DNA of 32,000 nucleotides from Aliivibrio fischeri ES114 (GCF_000011805.1 NC_006840.2), one strand, 5' to 3'; counted from the first letter of the stretch, positions 7,961-16,601 are shown. Notes: a model not told the origin generated them from the letters alone. Translations and numbers: made by a program.

Positions 7961-9279
7961 TGGCTATATTAATTGCATACATGAATGGTGAGCGCGTTGG
8001 AGAATTTACTAAACTCAGTAACGGTGCACACCAGTTTCAATACGATAAATCATGGATTGAAAGCACGGTAGGAAGACCTCTTTCATTATCCCTCCCCCTA
8101 CAGTATCCAAAGATAACCAGTGATTGCGTTATTAATTACTTCGACAACCTATTACCTGATTTATCAGAAGTCAGAGATCGCATCGTTGCCAGATACCAAG
8201 CTAAATCTCGTCAAACGTTCGATTTACTTCATGAAGTTGGAAAAGACAGCGTCGGTGCAATTTCTTTATTAACTAACGATGAAGAACCAAATACCAAACA
8301 ACTGGATTATGAAGTTTTAACTCCAGCACGGCTCAAACAAGTACTCTCAGCCTATCAGTCCAATATCCCATTAGGAATGTTAGAAGATGAATCAGACTTT
8401 CGAATTTCGGTTGCCGGAGCACAAGAAAAAACAGCATTACTCAGAATAAATAATGAATGGTGTATACCTAAGGCATCAACGCCAACAACACATATTATCA
8501 AATTACCCATAGGTAAAATTCAGCAACCTAATGCCACTCTCGATATGAGTGATAGTGTAGAAAATGAATACCTGTGCATCCAATTAGCGAAGAAGCTAGG
8601 ATTCAATGTACCTAATGTTGAAATAATTCATAGTGATGGAATAAAAGCCATTGCTGTAGAACGATTTGATAGACGATGGATTAAAAATAACACCAAGCTA
8701 TTAAGATTACCGCAAGAAGATATGTGCCAAGCATTTGGATTGCCATCATCAATCAAATATGAAGCAGATGGAGGCCCAAGTATAAAAACCATTATGGATC
8801 TTCTAATGGGCTCAAGCCAATCACTAAAAGATCGTGATGCTTTCATGCGATTTCAGGTATTTCAATGGTTAATCGGTGCAACAGATGGACACGCAAAAAA
8901 CTTCTCCATTTTTATTAATGCACAAGGCAGTTATCACCTTACGCCCTTTTATGACATTTTATCCGCCTACCCAATCTTAGGTGGTAAAGGGATGAATATT
9001 CGCTCATTAAAACTAGCAATGGGACTAACAGCATCGAAAGGAAAGAAATACCCTATTGATAAAATATACACACGTCATTTTATTGATACGGCTAAAGCTG
9101 TTGGATTTGATACTGCGAGAATGGAGGAAATAATGAAAGAATTTGCGATAAATATGCCTAATGCCATTAAGGAATTAGAAGCACAATTACCAAGCGATTT
9201 TCCAAAAGATATCTCTGACAGCATATTCAGTAATGCTTTGAGAATGGTAAATAAGATCCGCTTGAGTAATGATTTATAA
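7960..9279 (+). CDS. hipA: HipA serine/threonine kinase toxin
   Basis: Collinear with E. coli HipA: RPLSLSLPLQ, FRISVAGAQEKTALLRI (autophosphorylation Ser region), LPQEDMCQAFGLPSS, WLIGATDGHAKNFS and LTPFYDI. I prefer the ATG at 7960 overlapping the hipB TAA (TAATG); the track's GTG at 7954 is in the same frame. Confidence 0.93.
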   Translation: MAILIAYMNGERVGEFTKLSNGAHQFQYDKSWIESTVGRPLSLSLPLQYPKITSDCVINYFDNLLPDLSEVRDRIVARYQAKSRQTFDLLHEVGKDSVGAISLLTNDEEPNTKQLDYEVLTPARLKQVLSAYQSNIPLGMLEDESDFRISVAGAQEKTALLRINNEWCIPKASTPTTHIIKLPIGKIQQPNATLDMSDSVENEYLCIQLAKKLGFNVPNVEIIHSDGIKAIAVERFDRRWIKNNTKLLRLPQEDMCQAFGLPSSIKYEADGGPSIKTIMDLLMGSSQSLKDRDAFMRFQVFQWLIGATDGHAKNFSIFINAQGSYHLTPFYDILSAYPILGGKGMNIRSLKLAMGLTASKGKKYPIDKIYTRHFIDTAKAVGFDTARMEEIMKEFAINMPNAIKELEAQLPSDFPKDISDSIFSNALRMVNKIRLSNDL

Positions 9280-9296
9280 TTCGAGTGATTAAAAAA

Positions 9297-9327
9297 TGGA
9301 TGTAGGTATTGCCGGCATCCACTTTTC
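9297..9327 (+). terminator. Possible hipA terminator
   Basis: TGGATG (9297-9302) pairs with CATCCA (9316-9321), with an inner GG/CC pair, followed by CTTTTCT. The stem is interrupted and the U-tract is weak. Confidence 0.4.
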
Positions 9328-9687
9328 TAGTTAGCGAACTTGTTTTTGGAGAAAAATGAGTTAGAAAAAACTAACTCATTAGATATACACAGGGGAAAGT
9401 ACCTTTAGACTTCATTACTATATTGTTTAGTTTCGACTGGTTCTGACTCTCATAGCCCAGTACGAAGATTCTTTTTCAAAATAGACTTTAGGGTTGTCAG
9501 CGATAGATTTAAACGGGAATTTTTTACTGGAAGATATCAATATTTTCTCAGTCAAATCTGCATTGCATAAATATAGGCTACCATTGAAACTACGAACATT
9601 TAGCTGATGGTTTTCAGGCTCAGTATTTTTTAAAACAAAATTCGGTGCAAAAACAAGTCACATTGATAAAAATTTTAATCAAAAAAC

Positions 9688-11259
9688 CTACAGCCCCTCA
9701 ATTTCCAATAGCAACAATTTCGCTTTATCTAAGATAACTTGCTGCTGTTCTTCTGATTTTTTATTCCAATTTGCATAGACCATTCTGGTGCGTGGATTGT
9801 TATTAAACTGCTCAATATGTGTATGCATAAAGTGCCAATATAGTGCATTTAGTGGGCATGCTTTTGGTTCAGTTATTTGCTTCACGTTATAGTGACAATC
9901 GGAGCAATAATCACTCATTTTATTCACGTAGTTACCACTGGCAGCGTAAGCCTTAGAGGCAACAATACCACCATCTGCAAACTGGCTCATGCCACGAGTA
10001 TTTGGCATTTCAACCCACTCGATTGCGTCGATATAAATCCCTAAATACCACTCATCTACTTCGTCAGGTTTAATACCCGTTAATAGACAAAAATTACCCG
10101 TGGTCATCAAACGTTGAATATGGTGTGCGTAGGCGAAATCAAGAGACTGCTGTATCGCATGATGCATACAATTCATTTTTGTTTTCCCTGTCCAAAACCA
10201 ACTTGGTAATGATCGTGACGCTTCAAGTTTATTTAGGTTTTGGTAATCAGGCATATTGCGCCAGTAGATCCCTCGAACAAACTCTCTCCACCCTAGAATT
10301 TGACGAACAAAACCTTCTATCTGAGCAATATCTATGGCATCTTGGCGTTGATTAAATTCCGTAATAGCAGCATCAATCACTTTCATAGGACTGAGTATTT
10401 TTGCATTAAGAGCAAAGGATAAACGGCTATGAAACAAGCTCCATTCTTTCTGCGTGAGCATATCATCAAGTTTACATGTCATAGCATCTTGAAACTTCCC
10501 AAACAACGGTAAGCAATAGCGACAGAAAAACACTAATAACTCATTTGCCTGCTGCCGATTTACAGGCCACAACAGTTGGTTATTCGCTTGTCCAATCATC
10601 GACACATTATGACGTTCTAGACGCTTAAGAATATCAGTGACATCGTTAGCGAATAATAAAGGCGTGGGCACACTGTCAAACTCGCTCGGCTTTAATTTGT
10701 TTTGATTTGCACTATCAAAGTTCCACTTGCCTGCAACGGGTTCTCCCTCTTCCATCAGTATATTAAAGCGCTTTCTCATCTTACGGTAAAAAGGTTCCAT
10801 GCGATGATGATGGTTCGGCTTAAACTCTTTTTCAATTTGTGTTTCAGATAGAAAGAAGTGTTCACTTTCATAAACTTGAGAAGATATTGATAATGACAAG
10901 CAATAGCGCTCTAGTGTGCTACGTAAACGGTATTCGTCAGGGAGTTGATACTCAAAATGGGTAATATGGTGTTCAGCAATAAGGTGATTTAATAGATCGT
11001 CGATTCTTTCAAATGGCTTTGTATCGTCCAAGGTTAAGTGCATCACTCGATGCCCAGCACTTTCTAATGCTGTTGCAAATTGGGTCATCGCAGCAAAAAA
11101 AGCACACACTTTTTGAACATGGTGTTTTACATAGGCGGTTTCTTGTTGCATTTCTGCAATCACGTAAATCGTTTGTGGATCGGTGTGTTGAAACCATGAA
11201 TGGCTGGCATTTAATTGGTCACCTAAAATGAGTCGTAAGCGGTCAGCGGTGGCATTCAT
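9688..11259 (-). CDS. Cryptochrome/photolyase-family protein of the Fe-S bacterial type (FeS-BCP / PhrB-like (6-4) photolyase, COG3046)
   Basis: N-terminal LRLILGDQL and the overall length are typical of COG3046 proteins. The cysteine pattern C(MNCMHH)...DYCSDCHYN...KACPLN fits the 4-Cys Fe-S ligands of PhrB-type enzymes. I prefer the ATG at 11259 (GAGG 6 nt upstream) over 11265. Confidence 0.8.
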   Translation of the reverse strand: MNATADRLRLILGDQLNASHSWFQHTDPQTIYVIAEMQQETAYVKHHVQKVCAFFAAMTQFATALESAGHRVMHLTLDDTKPFERIDDLLNHLIAEHHITHFEYQLPDEYRLRSTLERYCLSLSISSQVYESEHFFLSETQIEKEFKPNHHHRMEPFYRKMRKRFNILMEEGEPVAGKWNFDSANQNKLKPSEFDSVPTPLLFANDVTDILKRLERHNVSMIGQANNQLLWPVNRQQANELLVFFCRYCLPLFGKFQDAMTCKLDDMLTQKEWSLFHSRLSFALNAKILSPMKVIDAAITEFNQRQDAIDIAQIEGFVRQILGWREFVRGIYWRNMPDYQNLNKLEASRSLPSWFWTGKTKMNCMHHAIQQSLDFAYAHHIQRLMTTGNFCLLTGIKPDEVDEWYLGIYIDAIEWVEMPNTRGMSQFADGGIVASKAYAASGNYVNKMSDYCSDCHYNVKQITEPKACPLNALYWHFMHTHIEQFNNNPRTRMVYANWNKKSEEQQQVILDKAKLLLLEIEGL

Positions 11260-11296
11260 AATCATCCTCTATCTTAAATCTTCATGTGTGGATTTG

Positions 11297-11437
11297 TTAT
11301 TCACTTTGATGTCGTGAAGACCGACAACGCTTGGAGCAATATTTAACCATTGGCCAGTCTCGCTCCCATTTCTTTCGCCAACGAAATGGTCTCTGGCAAA
11401 CAACGCATAGCTTTTCTGGCAACTGTGATTTTTTCAT
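11297..11437 (-). CDS. DUF2256 small zinc-ribbon protein
   Basis: MKKSQLPEKLCVVCQRPFRWRKKWERDWPMVKYCSKRCRSSRH matches the DUF2256 pattern (C-x2-C...F-x-WRKKW...YCS-x-RCR). GGGGAG lies 5 nt upstream of the ATG at 11437. The gene is 37 nt upstream of the photolyase-like gene on the same strand. Confidence 0.75.
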   Translation of the reverse strand: MKKSQLPEKLCVVCQRPFRWRKKWERDWPMVKYCSKRCRSSRHQSE

Positions 11438-11646
11438 GTTGCTCCCCATAACGTCATCGCTCGCTACTAAGAACCGAATCATTACCGACCTACAGAGAAA
11501 TTACGCAGGAAAGCACTTTGTGGTTCACAAAAAGATCAACTAATTCAAACTAGTTAATCGAAATGGTGATCTAGGTATAGGGCAAACTCGTAGTTAGTTT
11601 AGTAATAAAAAAGTACTTTTATTTGTATACGAACGAGGTGTTACAT

Positions 11647-11922
11647 ATGGATAACAAACTGACGATTAAAGAATTTCTTAGAGTATTTGATTGCGTTCGT
11701 TCATCTGGAAAGTTACTGGATAATAGATATGTATTAGACGAGATATCCGCATGGCATGATTACGATGGGTATACCTGTTGGCTGGGCTATAAAGATGTGA
11801 CCGTCACGTTGATGTTTCATGGTTCACTTAAAATCGAATTCGACAAATCATCAAACTACTCTGATTTCACCAACCAATGTTTAGCAATGATCACAGCAAA
11901 TCATAGTGTAAAGGAAAGTTAA
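11647..11922 (+). CDS. Hypothetical protein (91 aa)
   Basis: The ATG at 11647 is preceded by GAGGTG. Its stop lies 1 nt before the CIA30 gene start (TAAgATG), which suggests co-translation. No family recognised. Confidence 0.55.
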   Translation: MDNKLTIKEFLRVFDCVRSSGKLLDNRYVLDEISAWHDYDGYTCWLGYKDVTVTLMFHGSLKIEFDKSSNYSDFTNQCLAMITANHSVKES

Positions 11923-11923
11923 G

Positions 11924-12475
11924 ATGAATGACCAATATCTTGAAATTATTGAATTTACACAGCCTAACGAGCATCAAAAATGGTTAGCCATAAATGACAA
12001 CGTAATGGGTGGTATTTCCATTGGCCAACTTCACTACGATGGAAATACATGCCGATTTCAAGGTGAATTATCATTAGAAAACAATGGTGGTTTCAGCTCA
12101 ATCAAGCGCTCTATTGAATCTCTATCTAAAGAGGTAAACGCAATAGAACTCATGTTTACGGGTGATGGGCATACCTATCAATTAAGACTTACCACATGGA
12201 AGAATGGTGATCGCATTCAATACAAACACGATTTTGCCACCACTAAAGGAAAGCAGCAGAAAAAGACATTTCACTTACACAATTTTCAAGCTGTTTTTAG
12301 AGGGCGATTACTTAATCACGCTCCTGAACTCGTGGCGAACGATATCAAGCAAGTTGGCTTTCTCATTGCGAATAAACAAACATCACCCTTCGCTCTAGGT
12401 TTGACTCAAATTCAATTTAAAGCAATCAACAACGCTCCAACGCCTCAGTCCATTCTTCAATCCACTCGAGAATAA
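11924..12475 (+). CDS. CIA30 (complex I intermediate-associated protein 30)-like family protein
   Basis: WLAINDNVMGGISIG...FQGELSLENNGGFSSIKR...FTGDGHTYQLRL matches the CIA30 motifs as I recall them (D-x-VMGG-S, NNGGF). Confidence 0.75.
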   Translation: MNDQYLEIIEFTQPNEHQKWLAINDNVMGGISIGQLHYDGNTCRFQGELSLENNGGFSSIKRSIESLSKEVNAIELMFTGDGHTYQLRLTTWKNGDRIQYKHDFATTKGKQQKKTFHLHNFQAVFRGRLLNHAPELVANDIKQVGFLIANKQTSPFALGLTQIQFKAINNAPTPQSILQSTRE

Positions 12476-13325
12476 ACCCAAACACTTCTGCATCTGGTTT
12501 TCCATAACAATAAAAAGCATTGAGGCCAAAAGAAAGATTGTTCCCAAGCTCTTTCAAATTGAGATCGACAAGTTCGCCTCTCTCTACGTATGGTGTCATG
12601 TAATGCCTTGGCATAATTGTCCAGCCATGTTGTTTTACTAACTCACACAACAGATCGTTATTACTAACGGTGTGCATTTTTGGGGAAACCTGAATCGACG
12701 CAAAATTCAGTTTTAAGGTCGCAAAGTTCTCGGTGACATATTGTGTCTCTAGCATCAGATTTTCGAGTCTTAAATCATCAATTAATGCCAAAGGTGAATT
12801 GACGCTTGCATAACAGCCAACTTGGATGGGTTTTATCGCTTTCCATGTAACTTCTTTCTCTGCAAACAGCTGTCCACGATACGGCATAATGGCAATATCA
12901 CACTCACCTTCTTGCAATTTATCCATTGCTTCCTGCCGAGTTCGGTGCTTCCAATTAATAATGATGTCTGAGTTATAATCCATCACACGGTTTTCAATGT
13001 GTGTAATTAAACTGAGCGGCGTGATCACATCATAGTAAATCGTAATGGTATGAACGTTAGAATCGTACAAGGCTTGACTTTGCACAAACAAAGAGCGATT
13101 TTGTTTTTCAACTAACTTAGCACGGTGATACAGCTGCTCGGCTTTCTCTGTGGGAATCGCTTTTCTGCCTTCTATCACAAACAATGAATACCCTAATAAG
13201 TCTTCATAGGTCACCACGTGTTCACGCACTGTGGTTCGAGATTTTTTAAGCTCTCGCGCTGCACTGCTGTATGATCCATGTTCATACACGGCAACAAAAG
13301 CGCTCACTTGCTCTAATGTATGCAT
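12426..13325 (-). CDS. LysR-family transcriptional regulator
   Basis: N-terminal wHTH (MHTLEQVSAFVAVYEHGSYSSAARELKKSRTTVREHV), a length of 299 aa, and divergent placement from a likely target gene. Confidence 0.88.
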   Translation of the reverse strand: MHTLEQVSAFVAVYEHGSYSSAARELKKSRTTVREHVVTYEDLLGYSLFVIEGRKAIPTEKAEQLYHRAKLVEKQNRSLFVQSQALYDSNVHTITIYYDVITPLSLITHIENRVMDYNSDIIINWKHRTRQEAMDKLQEGECDIAIMPYRGQLFAEKEVTWKAIKPIQVGCYASVNSPLALIDDLRLENLMLETQYVTENFATLKLNFASIQVSPKMHTVSNNDLLCELVKQHGWTIMPRHYMTPYVERGELVDLNLKELGNNLSFGLNAFYCYGKPDAEVFGFILEWIEEWTEALERC

Positions 13326-13455
13326 TCAATCACTCCTTCGATTGTTATATACCCACCCAACTTGTTAGGCATACCCTATCATAATCGATTTCTTTGTTTT
13401 GGTATTCCATGAAAAAATCCTACTCAGTTCATAGTTTAAAATTTGAGAGGACATT

Positions 13456-15141
13456 ATGAAGACGTTCCCATTAAGTTTATTAGCAGGCTTTCTTGTTTCA
13501 CCTTTTGTATTAGCTTCTCCTGACCTGATTTTTACCAATGGTGACGTTATTACCGTGACGGGTGAATCTGATCGCGCTGAAGCCGTTGCAATAAAAGATG
13601 GCATCATTGTCGCTGTTGGCAATAACCAAGAGATCCTTAATCAAAAAGGCACCAATACCCAAATCAGAGATTTAAAAGGCAAAACTCTTGCGCCAGGGTT
13701 TATCGACAGTCACGGCCATTTTGCTCAATATCTTCCTTTAATTGAAAGTCCGTTCCTTTACCCTGCCCCAATGGGAGAGGTAAACTCGTTTGATGACATT
13801 AAACAGATAATGACGGACTACTTTAATCAACCAAATCTTGATACCAACAGCCTTCATGTGGCTTTTGGTTATGACGATGCCGAGCTAAAAGAAAAACAAC
13901 ATCCTACTAAACAGTTCTTTGATACCTTCAGTAAAGAATACCCTTTCTGTGCTGTGCATATATCAGGACACCTTGCGAGTTGTAACAGCAAAGGGCTCGA
14001 TTTCATTGGATTCACTAAGCAAAGCACGAACCCAGATGGTGGCGTATTGCGTCGTGATAATAATGGCGAACTCACTGGCGTTTTAGAAGAGTCTGCAATT
14101 TATCCGATTTTAGGAAACCTTCCTGAAATGACGCAAGAAGATGCTATCCGCCGTTTTGGTAAGGTTCAGGATTTATACGCCGGTTATGGCATTACCACCA
14201 CACAAGAAGGTTTAGCAACGCTTCCGGCGCTTAATGCGATGAAAACCATGGCAGAGCAAGATTTATTAAAAATTGACCTACTTGCTTATGCAAAATGGGT
14301 GGATTTAAAAGAAGCGGTAAAAGTCATGCCAATAAAATCATCCATTAATGGTTTAACACTCGCAGGGGTTAAAATGGTTGGTGATGGTTCACCACAAGGG
14401 AAAACCGCTTACCTTTCTACTCCCTATTTTGAGCCACCACACAGCCACGCTTATGATTACCACGGCTACCCAGTGTTAACCCAAGAGGAGATGAACCAAT
14501 GGGTAGATACCGCCTATCAAATGAATGCTCAGATCCTAAGCCACAGTAACGGCGATGCGTCGGCAGATATTCTATTAAATGCGGTAGAACTTGCTGATGC
14601 GAAATATGGCAAAGAAGATCGTCGAACTGTGGTGATCCATGCTCAAACCACACGTTTAGACCAGATAAAACGCATGAAGAAAAATGAGATGATCCCTTCT
14701 TTCTTCCCTACTCACACCTTCTTCTGGGGAGATTGGCATCGTGATTCCGTGTTAGGCCCTTGGCGTGCATCCAATATCTCACCTATGGGTTGGGCAAATT
14801 CAAATGATCTGATGTTTACCATTCACATGGACGCACCCGTACTATTTCCTGACATGATGACCAATATGTGGAGTGCAGTAAATCGTGTAACACGCAGTAA
14901 TCAAACCTTAGGTGAGCATCATAAAATCACGCCATATCAAGCGTTAGAAGCGATAACCATTAATGCGGCGTATCAGAACTTTGAAGAGAAAAGCAAAGGG
15001 TCTATTGAGGTTGGAAAACGTGCCGACTTGGTGATCTTAAATAATAACCTACTTGACGTTGACCCAATGAAGATAAAAGACATTCCGATTTTAGAAACGA
15101 TTAAAGATGGAAAAACAATATACGTAAACCAATCACTATAA
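13456..15141 (+). CDS. Secreted amidohydrolase-3 family metallohydrolase (YtcJ-like)
   Basis: Signal peptide MKTFPLSLLAGFLVSPFVLASP, the metal-binding GFIDSHGHF motif, the C-terminal GSIEVGKRADLVIL motif typical of amidohydrolase_3, and a length of 561 aa. Confidence 0.85.
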   Translation: MKTFPLSLLAGFLVSPFVLASPDLIFTNGDVITVTGESDRAEAVAIKDGIIVAVGNNQEILNQKGTNTQIRDLKGKTLAPGFIDSHGHFAQYLPLIESPFLYPAPMGEVNSFDDIKQIMTDYFNQPNLDTNSLHVAFGYDDAELKEKQHPTKQFFDTFSKEYPFCAVHISGHLASCNSKGLDFIGFTKQSTNPDGGVLRRDNNGELTGVLEESAIYPILGNLPEMTQEDAIRRFGKVQDLYAGYGITTTQEGLATLPALNAMKTMAEQDLLKIDLLAYAKWVDLKEAVKVMPIKSSINGLTLAGVKMVGDGSPQGKTAYLSTPYFEPPHSHAYDYHGYPVLTQEEMNQWVDTAYQMNAQILSHSNGDASADILLNAVELADAKYGKEDRRTVVIHAQTTRLDQIKRMKKNEMIPSFFPTHTFFWGDWHRDSVLGPWRASNISPMGWANSNDLMFTIHMDAPVLFPDMMTNMWSAVNRVTRSNQTLGEHHKITPYQALEAITINAAYQNFEEKSKGSIEVGKRADLVILNNNLLDVDPMKIKDIPILETIKDGKTIYVNQSL

Positions 15142-15160
15142 AAAGAAAATAACAACAAAG

Positions 15161-15187
15161 AAGCAGCTAAGGTTGGCTGCTTTTTTG
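15161..15187 (+). terminator. Rho-independent terminator after the amidohydrolase gene
   Basis: AGCAGC (15162-15167) pairs with GCTGCT (15176-15181), followed by TTTTTT. Confidence 0.75.
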
Positions 15188-15300
15188 TAAATCTGCAAAT
15201 TCATCGTTACATCTCTTCTTATCTCTCCTTTTATCTTTACTTTTCTATCCCCCTCTCGCTACACTGTCGCCGCCTTTTTATTGTTAATAATTTTATATTT

Positions 15301-16287
15301 ATGATCCGTTCTGTTTTACTTGCTGTTGTTCTACTTTTTAGTTTCGCCGTTCATGCTGATTCTCTTGAAGATAAAGCGGAATCTGGTGATGCTCGTGCTC
15401 AATTAAAATTAGCAATGGAATACGAATCAGGTACTAACCGTCCTAAGAACATCGATTATTCTATTCAGTGGTATAAACAAGCAGCGATGCAAGACCTTAC
15501 CTCTGCGCAGTTTAACCTTGGGCAAATTTACAAAAATGGTTACGGGGTTGCTCAAGACATTAAACAAGCCATTTATTGGTTTACGCGTGCAGCTACGCAA
15601 AACCACCCACCTTCACAATTCTATTTAGGTGAGATTTACGAATACGGCCTTTCTGGTTCTGTTGATTTATATAACGCGTCTTTGTGGTACCAAATTGCGT
15701 CTCATAATGGTCATGGCGAAGCTATGCTTGGTTATGAGCGTGTACTTCAAGAAATTAAAGCGCAGCAAAAAGAAGAACAACTGAAATCAGCACAACAGCC
15801 TGAAGAGCCGAAAGTTGTCGAGCCAGAGCCAAAAACCATCATCATCACTCAGATGGAAAAACCAACGGCTCTAATTACTTTTGGCAGCTACCTGTTAATC
15901 GCCATTATGATTGTGGTGTTAGTTTTCTTAGTTTTACGTCTTAAACAGAGCATGAAACGAGCTAAAAATGACGATCCACTTAAAACCAGTTTCGCTAAAT
16001 CATTACAAAATGAAAAAATGAAGCAGCTGCAAGACAGTAATGACAAATTAAAGATCCGTGCAGATGCTCAAGAAGCCACAATTAAAAGACTAACTATTGA
16101 GCTAGATGGTAAGAAACCACTTTCACAGTTTACGCCACATCAATTATTAGGGGTAACTGTTGCCAGTGAGAGCAGCGAAATTAAAAAACAATACCGAAAA
16201 CTGGCTCAACTCCATCACCCTGACCACGGTGCAGATGGTGTGATGCTTGCTGAAATTAATAAGGCTTATAATTCAATTAAACGATAA
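15301..16287 (+). CDS. Signal peptide - Sel1 (TPR-like) repeats - TM helix - coiled coil - C-terminal J domain protein
   Basis: The signal peptide is MIRSVLLAVVLLFSFAVHA|D. There are 3-4 Sel1 repeats (AQFNLGQIYKNGYGVAQDIKQAIYWFTRAA..., SQFYLGEIYEYG...). The TM helix is residues 189-212 (nt 15865-15936), followed by RLKQSMKRAK. A charged coiled-coil region comes next. The J domain is residues about 278-328 (LLGV...EIKKQYRKLAQLHHPD...MLAEINKAYNSI), with HPD at 16216-16224. Confidence 0.85.
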   Translation: MIRSVLLAVVLLFSFAVHADSLEDKAESGDARAQLKLAMEYESGTNRPKNIDYSIQWYKQAAMQDLTSAQFNLGQIYKNGYGVAQDIKQAIYWFTRAATQNHPPSQFYLGEIYEYGLSGSVDLYNASLWYQIASHNGHGEAMLGYERVLQEIKAQQKEEQLKSAQQPEEPKVVEPEPKTIIITQMEKPTALITFGSYLLIAIMIVVLVFLVLRLKQSMKRAKNDDPLKTSFAKSLQNEKMKQLQDSNDKLKIRADAQEATIKRLTIELDGKKPLSQFTPHQLLGVTVASESSEIKKQYRKLAQLHHPDHGADGVMLAEINKAYNSIKR

Positions 16288-16423
16288 CGTACACGGAATA
16301 CGAGACTTAGACTTTACATATCATTCTTGTTCGGTATACTTCGCACCACTTTTATATGTTATCAAAATGTAACAACAATAATTTAACGTATAAATCTTAA
16401 TAGAATAAAGAGAAAGAAGTCTT

Positions 16424-16594
16424 ATGTTTAATTTAGAAGGTTATTGTGACTGGTGTCGAAAGCCAGCGATGGTTCTACAACATCAATACTGCGACGGTGC
16501 AAAATATTACGCCTGTGAACACTGCAACGATTACGCAAAAATCGATATCAGGCAGTATGATTTAGCAGAAATGGAAAAGATGAACCAGAAGTAA
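16424..16594 (+). CDS. Small Cys-rich (CxxC...C...CxxC) hypothetical protein, 56 aa, below the ORF-track length cutoff
   Basis: MFNLEGYCDWCRKPAMVLQHQYCDGAKYYACEHCNDYAKIDIRQYDLAEMEKMNQK. A purine-rich stretch (agagaaagaag) precedes the ATG, and a strong terminator follows 8 nt after the stop. This is hand translation only. Confidence 0.45.
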   Translation: MFNLEGYCDWCRKPAMVLQHQYCDGAKYYACEHCNDYAKIDIRQYDLAEMEKMNQK

Positions 16595-16601
16595 AAATAA
16601 A

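Noticed and set aside
9443-9656. Minus-strand open frame of about 70 codons (..LVFAPNFVLKNTEPENHQLNVRSFNGSLYLCNADLTEKILISSSKKFPFKSIADNPKVYFEKESSYWAMRVRTSRN*)
   Set aside because: It has no ATG, GTG or TTG start with an SD and I recognise no homology. I treat it only as a possible gene remnant (mentioned under the hipBA finding), not as a feature.
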